This document shows, piece by piece, positions 13,216 through 26,376 of a stretch of 64,000 nt of DNA; the stretch's first letter is position 1, and the number at the start of each line of letters is the position of its first letter. Both the position numbers and the translations under genes were made by a program. The notes beneath the pieces were generated by a model that did not search any database, had not been told where the DNA came from, and worked only from the letters and a program-made list of their open reading frames with translations. This DNA is from Podarcis pityusensis (taxonomy: Eukaryota): NCBI GenBank assembly GCA_964106645.2, contig OZ067044.1; one strand, 5' to 3'.

Positions 13216-14424
13216 TACATGCAAGGGGGGGAGAAGATGTTCTATTCTGAAATATTTTGCACGGTCAAGTGCAACATATTAGAAGGCCAGCTTTTTTAAA
13301 ACATATATTTAAACTTTCAGCCATGTAAATGAGATTTTGTGTGTATTATGGTAAGAAGCCAGTTTCATCTAAAAGAAGAAAGATGGTGAGAAATGCCCAT
13401 GAAGCTTGAGAAATGCAAAAAGTTTTCTCTGACTTGTGGTGCCTTCCTCCACGGAGGAAACAGTAATGGACCTTCAACTCCCCACCTTGATCCTTCACTG
13501 CTACACCACTGTTGCCAGGGTAGGACACTTGCCTTTTCTAGGGCACACTGATTTCACAGTGCCATTATCACATAAACCTAAGCCAAACTATGGATTGGTG
13601 CAAACATGCAAATGTGTGGGCTTCTCAAGAGGAAGTCACTTTCCCCCCTCACAAGTCATTTTGCTGGTGCACTGAGCTAAACTACAGTTTGGTTTAACAT
13701 TTTATTTGAACCTGATCTTGTGGTTTAGCTTTCTGAGACAAATAATGAACCACAGGACAAACCTTGGTTATAGCTTGTGCCCTACCTAGAGAGGGTTAAA
13801 TCATGAGCCCAGGTTTGGATGACGTGGTAAGACAAACAATGGTTCAGTTCAGCAAAATGGGTGCAATTTCCTCTCCAGGAGCCGTCACAACTGCTCATGG
13901 CCATGGTTTGGCTTAGCATCACATGTGAACCAGGCCATTGAAATCCCCAAACTGCAACTTTTCATTCCCCTTCTGTCAGAATTTTCTCCAGGACAGGAAA
14001 TATATCTTCATCCACTCCTGTTCTGAACTTCATAACTCAATTCCCTCTCTAACTGAAACATCTGATCAGTTAAAAAAATAATAAAAAGAAGACAAGGCAA
14101 AACAAAACCAGTTTCTTCAGTACAAATTATATGCAGAACTAAAGGTTTCTGCCAAGCTATGTTTATTAGCTTTTAAGCATAATTGCAAATGCATTCCAAG
14201 CCACTGAGTCCCAAAGTAATGGCTTGGGCCTTGCTGGTAGATGCTCAGCCCATTTCACAAGATGCCGGTTTAATTAACACAATAGCGCAATTGTGAGAAC
14301 TAAGTATAGCACAGACGACTTGAACTTCTAACCCCATTAGACGACACCTCACTTAGAGGAGAGGTTCAGTGAAGTCGTTTTCAGACTGAACTCTGCCGAC
14401 TTGAGTGGGCAGGGTTGCTTCCTA

Positions 14425-14515
14425 AAGATTCCTCATCATGTAGATGATAAAGTGGTCCACAAATCTTATGCCATAGTAAATTTGTTAGTCTTTAAGTTGC
14501 CTCAAGACTCTTCAT
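14425..14515 (+). mobile_element. Degenerate Penelope-like terminal fragment
   Basis: cttatgcc..ttgttagtctttaagttgcc resembles the right arm of 60540-60769. Confidence 0.45.
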
Positions 14516-15343
14516 TCCTTCCCACTCCGCCCAAAGAAGGCTGGACCTAGGCCATTATACTTCAAGCAGTTGTTTTTATAATGGAAAATAAAGTTAAACC
14601 ATTGCAACTTGAAATTATTCCTGTATAGTCCAAGAAAGTCTAGCAAAATGAGCCATCAAGTTCTTTGCTATCCATTTCCTGTTTGGTCTGTAGATTCCTT
14701 TGGGAAGCTTACGGAACACAGACTTTTCAGAACACAATACAAACACTTTCCCTTTTTAAGATGATGCTGTTTAGTAGTTTTTAACACAAAGTGTTGGGTT
14801 TTCTTCTTGACTTGCAAACTACAAATATTAGGGATGTTCATGCTCGTTGCAATCACTGAGTGAACAATCTGTGTGTCTGCTCATGATTCAGATACTTTGT
14901 GTAAAATGCATTAACTGCCCTGTCTTTTACCTTGCATGGACTATCCTTAAGCTCCCAGTCAACCCTTTTGCTTCACACGGTCCAAACCTACCTTTCCTCC
15001 GATTGCTGCAACTGAATCCCACTGGTTTTGACTCACGTGACTTCTTTAATATGATTAATGCCATAGCAGCCCCATGGCCATTCCTCACTTTTAGAGCCCT
15101 TGAAACAACAGTGGTGACAAAGAACAGGTTAAGTCCTAACAGATCTCTCATTTGCAAGGAATTACCTAAGAATGCTTCTAGAGCTATTGCTTGCATTCTC
15201 ATTTATTATGCAGTCTTTTCCCCTATTATCATTACCAGCCGGGTGCTTTGATGTTTCATTCTATCGCTGGTGAGAAATGTACCTTGTAAGTGATCTCAAA
15301 ATAATGCATATAGCTGGTGGTGTCATGGAGCAGAAACACAGGG

Positions 15344-15362
15344 AGAGCGCCACTTCTGGTCT
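15344..15362 (-). promoter_or_regulatory. CTCF-like motif
   Basis: Minus strand GACCAGAAGTGGCGCTC. Confidence 0.45.
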
Positions 15363-16527
15363 TTTTTCTGGAGCTTGAGTGATGCTGTCATTTGCCGGGC
15401 AGCATTTTCCAGGGTTTTAAGTTTGGAAGTTTAGAGGACAGATCTGGCCTCGTTATCCCTTTGTTAGGTATGGTGGACAGTGATGGGCCCAAGGTGAGCT
15501 TTATGGCTAAATCTCAGGGGTGTGGATTCAGGTGTACCCACTCAAAGTCTGACCCTTGCACTCTCCATTGCCTGACCACTGTTCCATGACTGCCAAATGA
15601 TACCAATAAAATGGGTATTATGTGATGTACTCCTGTTCTTTGGGATATGGATCAACACAGCTGCCTTCATTTTGGGGCTCTCATTGAGAGCATGGCTGTG
15701 GGCTCTTTTTGGAGGCAGGGCTATGGGGACTGTCACAATGAGCTCATGCACATCAAAATTTGCTGCTACATTGCTGTAGGAAGTCCATGCATAGCTGCCA
15801 TATAGAGAGTACAAAAACACACAGGGCACAATTCTCTGGCAAGCTCCATAAAAGGAATACCTGTTCCTCTGAATATGCAGGTAAAAAAAATGGCTCCAAA
15901 TTGCATCCTTCTGCCTCAATAGACCCTTAACCTAATCATCAGAGGAAAAAAGTGAAATTTGTAAGTAATGATATATGCTGTGTGGATATGGTAGTTAACT
16001 TGTAATGATGGATTGGATTCAGACTAAGGTGGTAACACTTAGTTCTCATTGAAATCAGTGGGACTTAAATATTCTCTCATTTGTCTCATGGATTTCCATG
16101 AAACCAATGTTCAACTAATACGTAATGCAATGCAATCCTGTGTGTGTCTACTTAGAAGGAAGACTCATTGAGTTCCCAGGTAAGTATGCATAGAATTACA
16201 CATTTAATCTAGATCCAATAATATCTTTTACAAAATGTTCAGTGTAAAACAGATCAACAGTTGTAACACAAAAACAGGGAAAGGGAATCCATGGTTTCCA
16301 GATGTTGTAGGACTATAGGGCCCATTATCCCTAAACTCAGCTAGCAGAGCCAAGCTTGGTGATCTAATGCCAGTGCAAGCCCTGAAAAAGGGGTGTTCCA
16401 TAGGCATGGTGGGGTTGGACCAGAGAGGGGAGGCATAGGCAGGGCCCTAAGAATGTTCATTTCAGGACTTGGCTACACTGGCAAAGAAAAAGCATTTTAT
16501 ATGCGTTATATATGCATTATAACACTG

Positions 16528-16546
16528 TGGCACCAGATGGCGCTGT
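16528..16546 (+). promoter_or_regulatory. CTCF-like motif
   Basis: TGGCACCAGATGGCGCTGT closely matches the CCASYAGRKGGCRS core. Confidence 0.6.
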
Positions 16547-18214
16547 AGAGTTCCGTTTTTGCCAACCCGATTTCTCATACAAAGTTTACGAGGCGTTTAA
16601 CTGAAACGCTTCTTTGATGTATCTAGATCCAGCTTCAGTCACATAGCTTGGCAGCCCAGCATTAAGCTGGCAAAATGGGTGGTATACTTCAAACAAAATT
16701 GTAAAGCCTTTTTTATCTTTCTGCCAGGCTTGTGCTGGCTCAGCAAACAGCAGCCCTGCTGCTGAATAGAATTTGGATCTGGCATAACTTTACATCAGCT
16801 TGCTTTATGCCTGCTTCTTGTGCATAGGATTGCTCCCCTAGAAACATGCATGCATTCCAATCAATAGCATATCATATCAGCTAGTGTGTCAATGCAAACA
16901 TGCAGAAGCTTGCTTCTCATTGTGGTTGCAAATGAGAGTGCCTGTGTAGTTGCCCAGAATCAGGAAAGAAAATAATAGGAGTATGTGGTTTTTTTTAGAG
17001 GATTACCAAGTACAGTATTATTATTATTAATAATAATAAATTGACTAATTAGATTTATATACCACCCATCCAAAGATCTCAGGGCAGTTTACAAGGTAAA
17101 AACACAGGATAAAAACACAAAATAAATAGTTAAAACAAAAACAAAGCAAAAACAACAACACCCTTCTCCCACATATATTGCCTCCTTTTCAGCTTCAATT
17201 TGATAACATTAAAAGATCAGAGTAAAGCGCACCTGCACGTTCTCCACAAGTTTCCAAAATCTGAGCTTTGCTATTCAGTTTAAGAATTCTTGGCATGCAC
17301 GGTATTGGATTAATCATATATAGCATAAAATCCATCTAGCAAGTTCTGTCTCTGTATACTCCCATGTTGCATCAGTCACTTATATCTAAAGAATTCCCAA
17401 AACAAATATATAGAAATAAACACAAGAAAAACCCCGCTTGATTATGAGATGATTCTGTGTTTCCTCTTACACACTGATAATCTTTTGACTATGGCCTGCT
17501 TCTCATATTACATCTCATATGTGTCCTCTGGAGTCAGATGCACATTCATTCATGTAGGAGAGAAGATGAGTAGACCCCAAGCATGTGCCGTACCAACAGC
17601 ACAGGCTGTCAGGAATGCCTACCTATTTTTTTGATGCAACAAGACTAATCGTGTAATTACATTATAAATATTGTGTGAATCAGCTAAGTGTTGGTTCCAT
17701 ATTCTGGTCCATAGAAATAACATTGCCTGAAATCTGCTTGCACTGTTTCCCTGCCCATCATTTGCAGATGCCACCATGCCACAAGTCAAGTCCTTTTTGT
17801 ATACCACCACATCCCTGCTAAATATGGGCTTATTAACTTCCTTGCTAAAACCACCATCCTCTGTGTGGCGTATGCTATTTGGATCACTGGCTTGCTATGG
17901 GCAGGAAGGCAAAATAAGCAGTGATTTCACACATATTTCCATTAGATAATAAAGCGATACTAAGAAATCAAAAACCCCGCTGATATGCTACATCGTTCCT
18001 TGAAGCACTTTCACATGCCGGAAATCAGCCCAGATCATCCTAATGAAAGTGGTATCGTACAATATCATTTCATGTAACTCAGCAACAGCGTGGCAAACAT
18101 ATGGCATGGGATATGGATGGACCTAAATGATGATTCTAGATTTTGTGCATCATAGATGGACTTGACTGAATCCTGGACCATGCTGGACGGTTTGAAAGTA
18201 CCCTTGAAGCAAAT

Positions 18215-18678
18215 CGTACAGTTCCTACTGAGACTAGACATGATAGAAGTTTATAAAATGAGGTGTGGCATAGAGAAACTACATGAAGAAAAGTTTTTCT
18301 CCCTCTCTCATAACATCAGAGCGCATGGACCTCCAATGAAGCTGAATGTTGGAAGATGCAAGGAAGTACTTCTTCACACAGCACAGAAGGCAGTGGTGGC
18401 CACAAACCTGGATGCTCTTTAAAAAGGATTAGACAAATTCATGGAGGAGAGGCCTATCAATGGCTACTAGCCATGATACTATGCTCTGCCTCCAGAATTG
18501 GAGGAGGCGATGCTTCGGAATAGCAGTTACTGGATACCACAGAAAGGGAGGGTGCTCTTGTGTCTGAATACTGCTTGCAGGTTTTCCACAGAAGGCATCT
18601 GGTTGGCCACTGTGAGAACAGGATGCTGGTCTAGAAGGGCCATTGGCCTAATCCAGCAGGCTCTTCTTATGTTCTTAA
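18215..18678 (+). mobile_element. Older CR1-family 3' fragment
   Basis: DMIEVYK..EKFFSLSHN.R..G..MKL; TTCTTATG-type tail; reverse copies at 51518 and 61290. Confidence 0.75.
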
Positions 18679-19383
18679 CCAACGAGAAAAAAAACAATTA
18701 TTAGAATAGAGGATTGATTCCTAATGCCTTCCATGATAGATAATCTTGCATGTGTCTCAAATTTAGAAATGTAGTTATCGACAGAGCTCACCAAAAAGTG
18801 TTTGACTTCACCCAGGAAAACAGACTCCGAAATGTCTAGCTTAGATTAAATATCATTTAATTGCTTTAGAAAATAACATTTAACTGCCTGAGTAGCCAGT
18901 CATTTTAATGCTTGTTTTGATTTGCTTTGAAATGTTTTTATGTAGTTGTACACTGACCTGAAGTTTTGCAAGTGGGCAGTATATAAATGCTTTCATAAAT
19001 ATAAATTTTAAAATACATTAAACATTTTCTTTGTTGATAGAATTTTATTACTCCCTTCTGTCTTTTCCTCCTACACTAAGGCTGCACTGTTATGCACATT
19101 ACATAGCCTTGTTGAATACAATGGGACTAAATATGCTATCAGATTGCAATGTAGGACTCACAAAGTAGGAAACTTTGTTCTGTGTGATAATCCTGCCTTG
19201 ACTCATTGGGATTCTGCCACTGCAGAAATTAAGCAAGAGAGTACAAATGTGCTTCTATGTTTGAAAAGACAAGGTAGCTCCAAACATTATTTCCTAGAGT
19301 AAGTCACAAATCATGCTTTGTTCATGCTTCTATGGAATGCTGTACCAGTTTACCATAGCATTATCCATACCATAGCATTGACT

Positions 19384-19795
19384 CATAGAATCATAGAATA
19401 GAATCATAGAATCATAGAGTTGGAAGAGACCACAAGGGCCATCGAGTCCAACCCCCTGCCAAGCAGGAAACACCATCAGAGCACTCCTGACATATGGTTG
19501 TCAAGCCTCTGCTTAAAGACCTCCAAAGAAGGAGACTCCACCACACTCCTTGGCAGCAAATTCCACTGTCGAACAGCTCTTACTGTTAGGAAGTTCTTCC
19601 TAATGTTTAGGTGGAATCTTCTTTCTTGTAGTTTGGATCCATTGCTCCGTGTCCGCTTCTCTGGAGCAGCAGAAAACAACCTTTCTCCCTCCTCTATGTG
19701 ACATCCTTTTATATATTTGAACATGGCTATCATATCACCCCTTAACCTCCTCTTCTCCAGGCTAAACATGCCCAGCTCCCTTAGCCGTTCCTCTT
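19384..19795 (-). mobile_element. Young CR1 3' fragment
   Basis: ORF 19476-19805 nearly identical to the end of the 29.6-32.2 kb CR1; (ATTCTATG)n tail. Confidence 0.95.
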
Positions 19796-20227
19796 CTCCT
19801 CTCATTCAAGAATATCAGCAGTCATTTTTAAAATGTGAATGTTTGATTTACTGTTTGATTTTTTAATAGATTTTTTTCAAGAAACTATATAGGATTCGTG
19901 CTCAAATCCTCAGAGTAAAAGTATCATTACAAAAAGTTCTCACTCTGGAAGCAAAGCATTATTTTGAGTTAAGTGCAATGTTTCCCCTTCAATTTCTTAG
20001 TGTTGCCATTTTTCCTCGGACTATAAACTTGCAGCTGTTTCTCTATTGCCAGTTGCTTTTGTTAGTGCCCCTCTCAGTCCCACCCTTCCTCTCAGGAGCT
20101 CTTAGCAGCCTCTTTGCTTTATGGAGAAGTAGGGGTTTGAACCTGGGATACCACAAAACCCAAGACTCTAGCCATTTGCACCATGCTGGCTTTGCTGTGA
20201 ACAGCCCTAGTGGATAATAAATTCTGC

Positions 20228-20560
20228 CAGAATTTATGGCAAATCAAGTGGCTGGACTATGCCGCAATGGCAAAACTAACTGGGAAGTTCAGGAATCAAG
20301 AAGACAAGAAATTAAAAAAAAATTATAATGTATATACAGAATCATTGTAAACTGGTCAAAACATTAGCAGGATTTTAAATATAATTGTAATGCAACAGAA
20401 CGTATAGATAACTTAGGAAGATGAAAAATTGGAGAAGTACTGAAAATAGAATCAAAAGGACCCAATGAAGGGATGAGGGGAAGTCAGGAGATTCAGAGTA
20501 ATCTTGATATTTGGATTTTGTACTGTTTTATCTTTTTGCAAATCAAATAAAAAAGATTAT
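20228..20560 (+). mobile_element. Degraded L1 3' end
   Basis: WQIKWLDYAAMAKLTGKFRNQED aligns with WRLKLMEYAEMDKLTGKIRNQRD of the 4.8-kb L1. Confidence 0.75.
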
Positions 20561-22509
20561 TAAAAAGTTCTGCCATGCATATGAGCTCACTTTCTTTCTT
20601 TTTGACATGTGGTCCTAGGATTGTGTTGAAATGTGACCCTGTGACTCCGAAACCTAACCTTGGAGTTAGCCCAAAGAAACAGCATTGGCTTTCAGATGAA
20701 CTTCCCATGCCAGACAACCTCAGCTTCCACCATCTCCATCAGGCCCCCAGAGCAGTGGCGGCTCTTGTGGTCTCAAATTTCCATGGTGCCCTTTGTGACA
20801 CTAACATTTTGCAGCCCTCTACCTCTCACGCTCCATTGTAAATCATAATTGTAGTGTCCCTGGTGGCACTCCTGAGGCTGCATGCCCAGTGTGATCAAAT
20901 CAGTCCCGCTCTCCTAAATCCACCTCTGTCCAAAGTTTCCCTCCATTTGGTCTGGTGCACCCATGGGGGCATGGCTGGAGGCTGGGCCTTGCCGTGGCGA
21001 GAGTCCTCAGCAAGAACACCTTGCGGACACCTTAAACCATTGAGATGACCCAGCAAAGCTGAGCTAGTTAAACCAACAGAGGCTGTTAGTGGCTGCACAT
21101 TTCTGGGCAATACCCACAGGAGTTGTGCACAGCACCATTAATCCGGCATACATATGAGCCCCCTCCCCCTCGCCTCCTTAGATGTCATTAATACAAAGCA
21201 CTAATTGGACTCCTTAATCAGAGCAAGGCAAAGTTGGGGAGCTGCAAGCAAATGCCCGTTTTGGCTGTCACAGTAATAACGGCAGAATAAAAATGAGTCA
21301 TGGTGGTGTAGGGCTCTGTATCTCATTTCCAAGGCCCGCCAGTTTCCCCCTTTCCTTCTCACTGTCCCTAGGGATGAGCGTGCAGTGAGGCTAGGCAAAG
21401 AGAGTGCTGTGCTTGACGGCATAGCCAGCAGTGTTGTCTGCTGGGGCTCAGAGAGTGAGGCCGCTCGGCTCCTTGGCGATGTTTGTTGTTGTTCGTATGG
21501 TGCAGGAACTTGGCAGGAGCGGAGCGGCCAGTTTCCCACTTTCAGTCCCACAGTCAGGAAAGTCTCACAGCCTGTGGAGGAGACAGGCTGACTGAAAGAG
21601 CCAGCCAGCTCCACTGTAGATAAGTTAATGTACACAGAGTGGACGTAAATTACCACGACCCTCAGCAGCAGGACATTGGCCAGGGCCTGTCAGAGAGAGG
21701 ACAAACGTCGGCAAGCTGTGCGTCTCCCTGACATTTACCTCTAGATAGAGCAGCCTGCTGCCCTACAAGGAAGGACCTCTTGGAGCCAGAGTTTCCTTGA
21801 AAACAGCTGCGTGTCCCTGACACCTACAAGCTAATGCAGTTTTAATCAGGGGAATTAGCTGAGGGCGGCTGACTGTTTTCCCAAGCTATTTACATGGAGG
21901 CAGCATGTATGTTCTCCCTACTTTGTGACTTTATTGACAATTCCATTATGTTTCTTTATCTGTGTGACATTTTCCCTCCTCCTCTCCAGAGAGCAACATT
22001 TCTTTTCATCTCCACCCACAAACCCTACGCCATGCTCTTTGTTTACACAGTGACATCAGAAATGAGGTCTTCTCAAGACCTAGAAATTAATGAAATTATA
22101 AATAAAATCAGAGAATGATTTTGGCGCATGCCTAGTTAATGGTTTCCTGTGTGTTCTGAAGCGTATTTCTTGATTAAGAGCCACAGAGACAATGTATAAT
22201 GCTGTGTTTGCTCCAATGAATCCGCCTAGATTTTTATTTTATGTTGTAGCCAATACATCCAGTTGAGATGTATTTATTTCAGATAGGATATTAAAGGAAA
22301 AGAATATTTGACTGAGAAATAGTGTAAATCGTGGTTTGTATTTGATGTGTTGGATTGCTCAGCACTACTGATACTTTTTGGACCGTCAACACAACTGTAA
22401 AGCAACTCACAAACATCCGTGACCCTAAAAGCAGAGTGCTTTATCCTAAAAAAAATTACTTGAAAATAAGTTCTATTAACTATAGTGAGCCTTCCACTAA
22501 TCCTGAAAG

Positions 22510-23115
22510 TGCTGCACTGGCTGCCAGTGAACTACCAAGCTGGATTCAAGTACCAGCATACAAAGCCCTAAATGGCTTTGGACCCAACAACCTAAAGGAA
22601 TACCCCCCTCCATCCTGATGGGCAGGGGAAGCTCTGTTGGTGCTGCTGCTTCTGGTTGGTGCCCAGCTGGCATTAACCCATGACTGGAACATCTAGGACA
22701 GTGGTTCTCAACCTGTGGGTCCCCAGATGTTGTTGGACTACAACTCCCATCATCCCTGAGCTCTGGTCTTGCTAGCTAGGGATGATGGTAGTCCAACAAC
22801 ATCTGGGGACCCACAGGTTGAGAACTGCTGATCTAGGTGGTGCTTCTCTGTTTGTGGAATGCCCTCCCTAGTGAGGTGCACATGTTTCCCTCATCATTGT
22901 ATATCAGGATACTATTAAAAACATTCCTATTTACCCAACTATGAAATTATTCACTGAGGGAATGTGAATGCTTTTAAATGTTTTTAGATGTTTCAATTGT
23001 TCTTAAAATGGTTTTTAAATGTTTAAATGAATTTGTATTGTATTTTAAACTGTACTCCTTTAACACTTTGATGTTTGCCTCCCAGAGCTCCTGTGGAAGA
23101 AAGGGACAGGATGCA
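22510..23115 (+). mobile_element. Degraded L2 3' fragment interrupted by a MITE
   Basis: gcactggctgccag..tacaaagccctaaatggctt..tgtggaatgccctccc L2 motifs. Confidence 0.65.
22699..22830. mobile_element. Fold-back hAT MITE
   Basis: About 40-bp inverted arms (GTTCTCAACCTGTGGGTCCCCAGATGTTGTTGGACTAC); 8-bp TSD ATCTAGGA/ATCTAGGT. Confidence 0.9.
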
Positions 23116-24906
23116 AACTATACACATAATGTAAGTAACAAAACAAGCACATCAAAAGTGATTCGGGGCCCTGATGTACACTCAGAATTTACTGTAGGGG
23201 TGGGGCATCTGTTGTTGGACTACAACTCTCATCATCCCTGGCCATTGCCCATGCTGGGTGGGACAGATGGGAGTTGAAGTCCAAGAAAGAGGCACCCTCA
23301 CTTACTGATTGCTGTGTTTCCATTTTGGTTGAGTGGAAGCACCTTAGTAAGAACATGACACCATGGACTCCACATGCTCTAGAGGTGTCTATGTAACAGC
23401 GACTAACAGTTCTATCCCTTGAGAAATGAGATTCATAGGGGGCAGGCGGTTGTGAACATAACTATTACAATCTGATTCCTAGTGACAAGTTGGTTTCAAA
23501 AACCTTTTATAAAATTAATGTCCCAGTGGTCTGTGTTTGAACAGGTTTTCTCCCTGAGTTAATCATTAGCCCATTGCAAAGTTATTATTATCAAATACAT
23601 CACCGAAGGTCACAGAAAGAATAAAACTCATATCTGAAACGTAATAAATAACACAACCATAACTTAGCTGAACGAGACTGTTACACCCTGACACCTTTTC
23701 AAGATTTCTTTGCTTTCTGGCAATGTAAGCAAATGGTGCAAAGCTCTGCTTTCGGAGGCATGTGGTGAAATGCAAGAAAGAAAGTGAACCAGAAATGACC
23801 CATTGTGTTGCTTATGCACTCTGACTGCATTAGGAAAGCCTTTTGTTCTGATGTTTGGACTACGACCGGAAACAAACAGAAAAGCTTATCATACAGAAGA
23901 ACAAATCCACACTTTGGCAAAACTGGGTGGACTTTTGAGTCACTGGAATTTTTTCTTCATGGAATAGTTTATGAGCAAGATATTTCCTGAATCTACATGT
24001 AACTAATTATTATTATTATTTTAATGGCAGTGTGTAGGAACTTTGTCTCCCCAGGTCCCATGCATATGCCTATAGATTCCTGTGAATAAACACATACCAG
24101 AGCTTAGTTTAAGTGGACTGCAACAGGGCTTGCTTTCAGTGCCAAGGCTGATGAATAAAGTATGCAAGAGGACCCACAACAGAGTGTTGCAGTTTGGGAG
24201 TGCTTCTGTTTGGGATTCCAGCCAGCCATGTGCGTTTCTGGGACACTCCATCAGAAAACATAAGATAGTTCAATGAAGTCCAGACAAACACCACAATGTA
24301 GATACATCCTCACCAGCTGATCAGATAAATAAGCCTAGTTTTATATACAGATTTCCTTAGCTAAATTGGGACAAGGAAGTAGTTTGGATAATTTTTTTTA
24401 TGTTGTTCCTATGGTATTTGCAGACACTTAAGGTTTTCTAGGAACTTGGAGCCATCACTAATCCACCTAGATAAACAATATCTCCAAAGCTTCTGTTGCA
24501 GCAGAATCACAGCTTCTTAGCATGCAGAGCAGGAAATTTCTAGTGCAATTGTAGGGTGGCCTCATAGGATGCAGACATTCACCAAATCCTGCTACTACAA
24601 GGCCAAACAACAGGCCCCACCATCTTATTAACTTTGCATCTTCTAAAATTCCGAATGAGCATATAATAATTTTCTCTTTGCCTTCTAAGCAGTCACTTTG
24701 GTTTTTCCTGTAAAAACTAATCGTCCATTTAGCTGTAGCTCATAATAAAACAGAGCATTAAAATATACAGGTAGGTACAGAAGGCTCAAATCCAGAAACA
24801 ATTGATAATACAGTTTATTTTTTTAAAAAGTTAATTCATGGGAAATTGGGTAACACAGAGGGCTTCTAGATGACCTGTTTATTGTGCATTTATATTTGCT
24901 TGTAGG

Positions 24907-25295
24907 CAGTGCTTTTTTTCCTTAAAAAATGTTTAGGGGTACTCTCATTTTGACACAAGAAAATCACCATTTTATAGTTCAAATAGGGGAAAATAAATAC
25001 AGTAAATGGACAAAAGTACAAAGAACATGCATTAACTCATATTCATCATATTATCACACATCCACATTCCACACTGCTTCACACATTAAACGCTTGCTTC
25101 TGTCGGAGACTCAGGAAACACCATGACAGGAAATGAGGCTGCCATCGGGGGTAGCAACGGAACTGATGATTCACCGTGCTAGAGAAGAAACTATTTTTTT
25201 TTTTTAATTTTTTTAGCTTCTTCTCCCATTAGATTCACAAAATGTTTAGGGGTATGTGTACCCCTATGTACCCCCCGCCCTGAAAAAAAGCACTG
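24907..25295. mobile_element. hAT MITE (CAGTGCTTTTT termini)
   Basis: TIRs plus exact 8-bp TSD CTTGTAGG (24899-24906, 25296-25303). Confidence 0.92.
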
Positions 25296-25770
25296 CTTGT
25301 AGGGAAATTAGATGGCAATGTCCATTTAATGAGCATTGCACCAAATAATCTTGGGAAGTGAACTTTGCTAAGGGTGCTGAGAGTTAAACCACTCTAGAAA
25401 TTGTAGCTTTGGGGATCTCTTAACAATGCTCAGCACCCTTAACAAAGTACATTTTCCAGGGCTTTTTGGGGGAAGCCATTACTGTTTACAGTAGTATGAT
25501 ACTGCTTTCAGTGTATAGTGCAGATGGAGCCTGAATTTGCTGGTATGTGGCTGAATCTAGTCCCCAAATAGCGGCAATCTTGAAGTGCCTTAGGAATCCA
25601 AAAAGAGGTTCTAGTCATGCAACATCAGTTGCATTAGTTTATGGGGAAAGCCTTCAGGATTGGGGAAATCCTGGAAAACGCCATACCAGTCATAGAAACT
25701 ATAATAGGCAGGATTTGTGAAACTCCCATCCGGGAAGGTTATTCAAAGACAAAGTTTCTGCCCTACAAGT

Positions 25771-26376
25771 CATAGCTGTCAACTTACAGATTTGAAAATA
25801 AGGGACCAGCAGCCTTGAAAATAAGGGACCAGCAGCCAAAATAAGGGACCTGCAGCCTCACCTGTTCCAGGCACTCCAGTCTTCCTGTCCTCCTGCAGTC
25901 TGGTCAAACTCATGCTGGTAGCTTTGAGAACACTGTCCAACCAACTTTGTAACCAGAGGTTCAACTGAATAGAATCTGAATCACATGCACCACAAGGCCT
26001 ATGCAGCCTCAACTTAAGATGGTTCACTGGCCTGGCTTTGCACTGCAAAGTTTGCAGCAGCACGTGCAACAAAATGGCGTCCAGCATTCAAAAAACCCCT
26101 CAGCTTGCATTAACTAGCCACACACAAGGAATGCAAGCTCCACCCCCCAGTCGTTTTTAGACTTCTTATTGGGTGAGCAACACAGCCAAGCAACACAGTT
26201 GGAGCCTCCCTCCTCCCTGGCCAGCAGGGAGGGAGGGAGAGGAGCTACTTCCTTTGAAATTTAAGGGACATGATTTAAGGGACATTTAAGGGACATCCAT
26301 CAATAAGGGACAGCAGCGGGACATGGCACTGGAATAAGGGACTGTCCCTTCAAATAAGGGACACTTGACAGCTATG
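25771..26376. mobile_element. hAT MITE (CATAGCTGTCAA termini) with reiterated TAAGGGAC subterminal motifs
   Basis: 12-bp TIR; exact 8-bp TSD CTACAAGT (25763-25770, 26377-26384). Confidence 0.92.

Noticed and set aside
12803-13299. Overlapping ORFs / CpG-island promoter
   Set aside because: Explained by the GC-rich palindromic MITE interior
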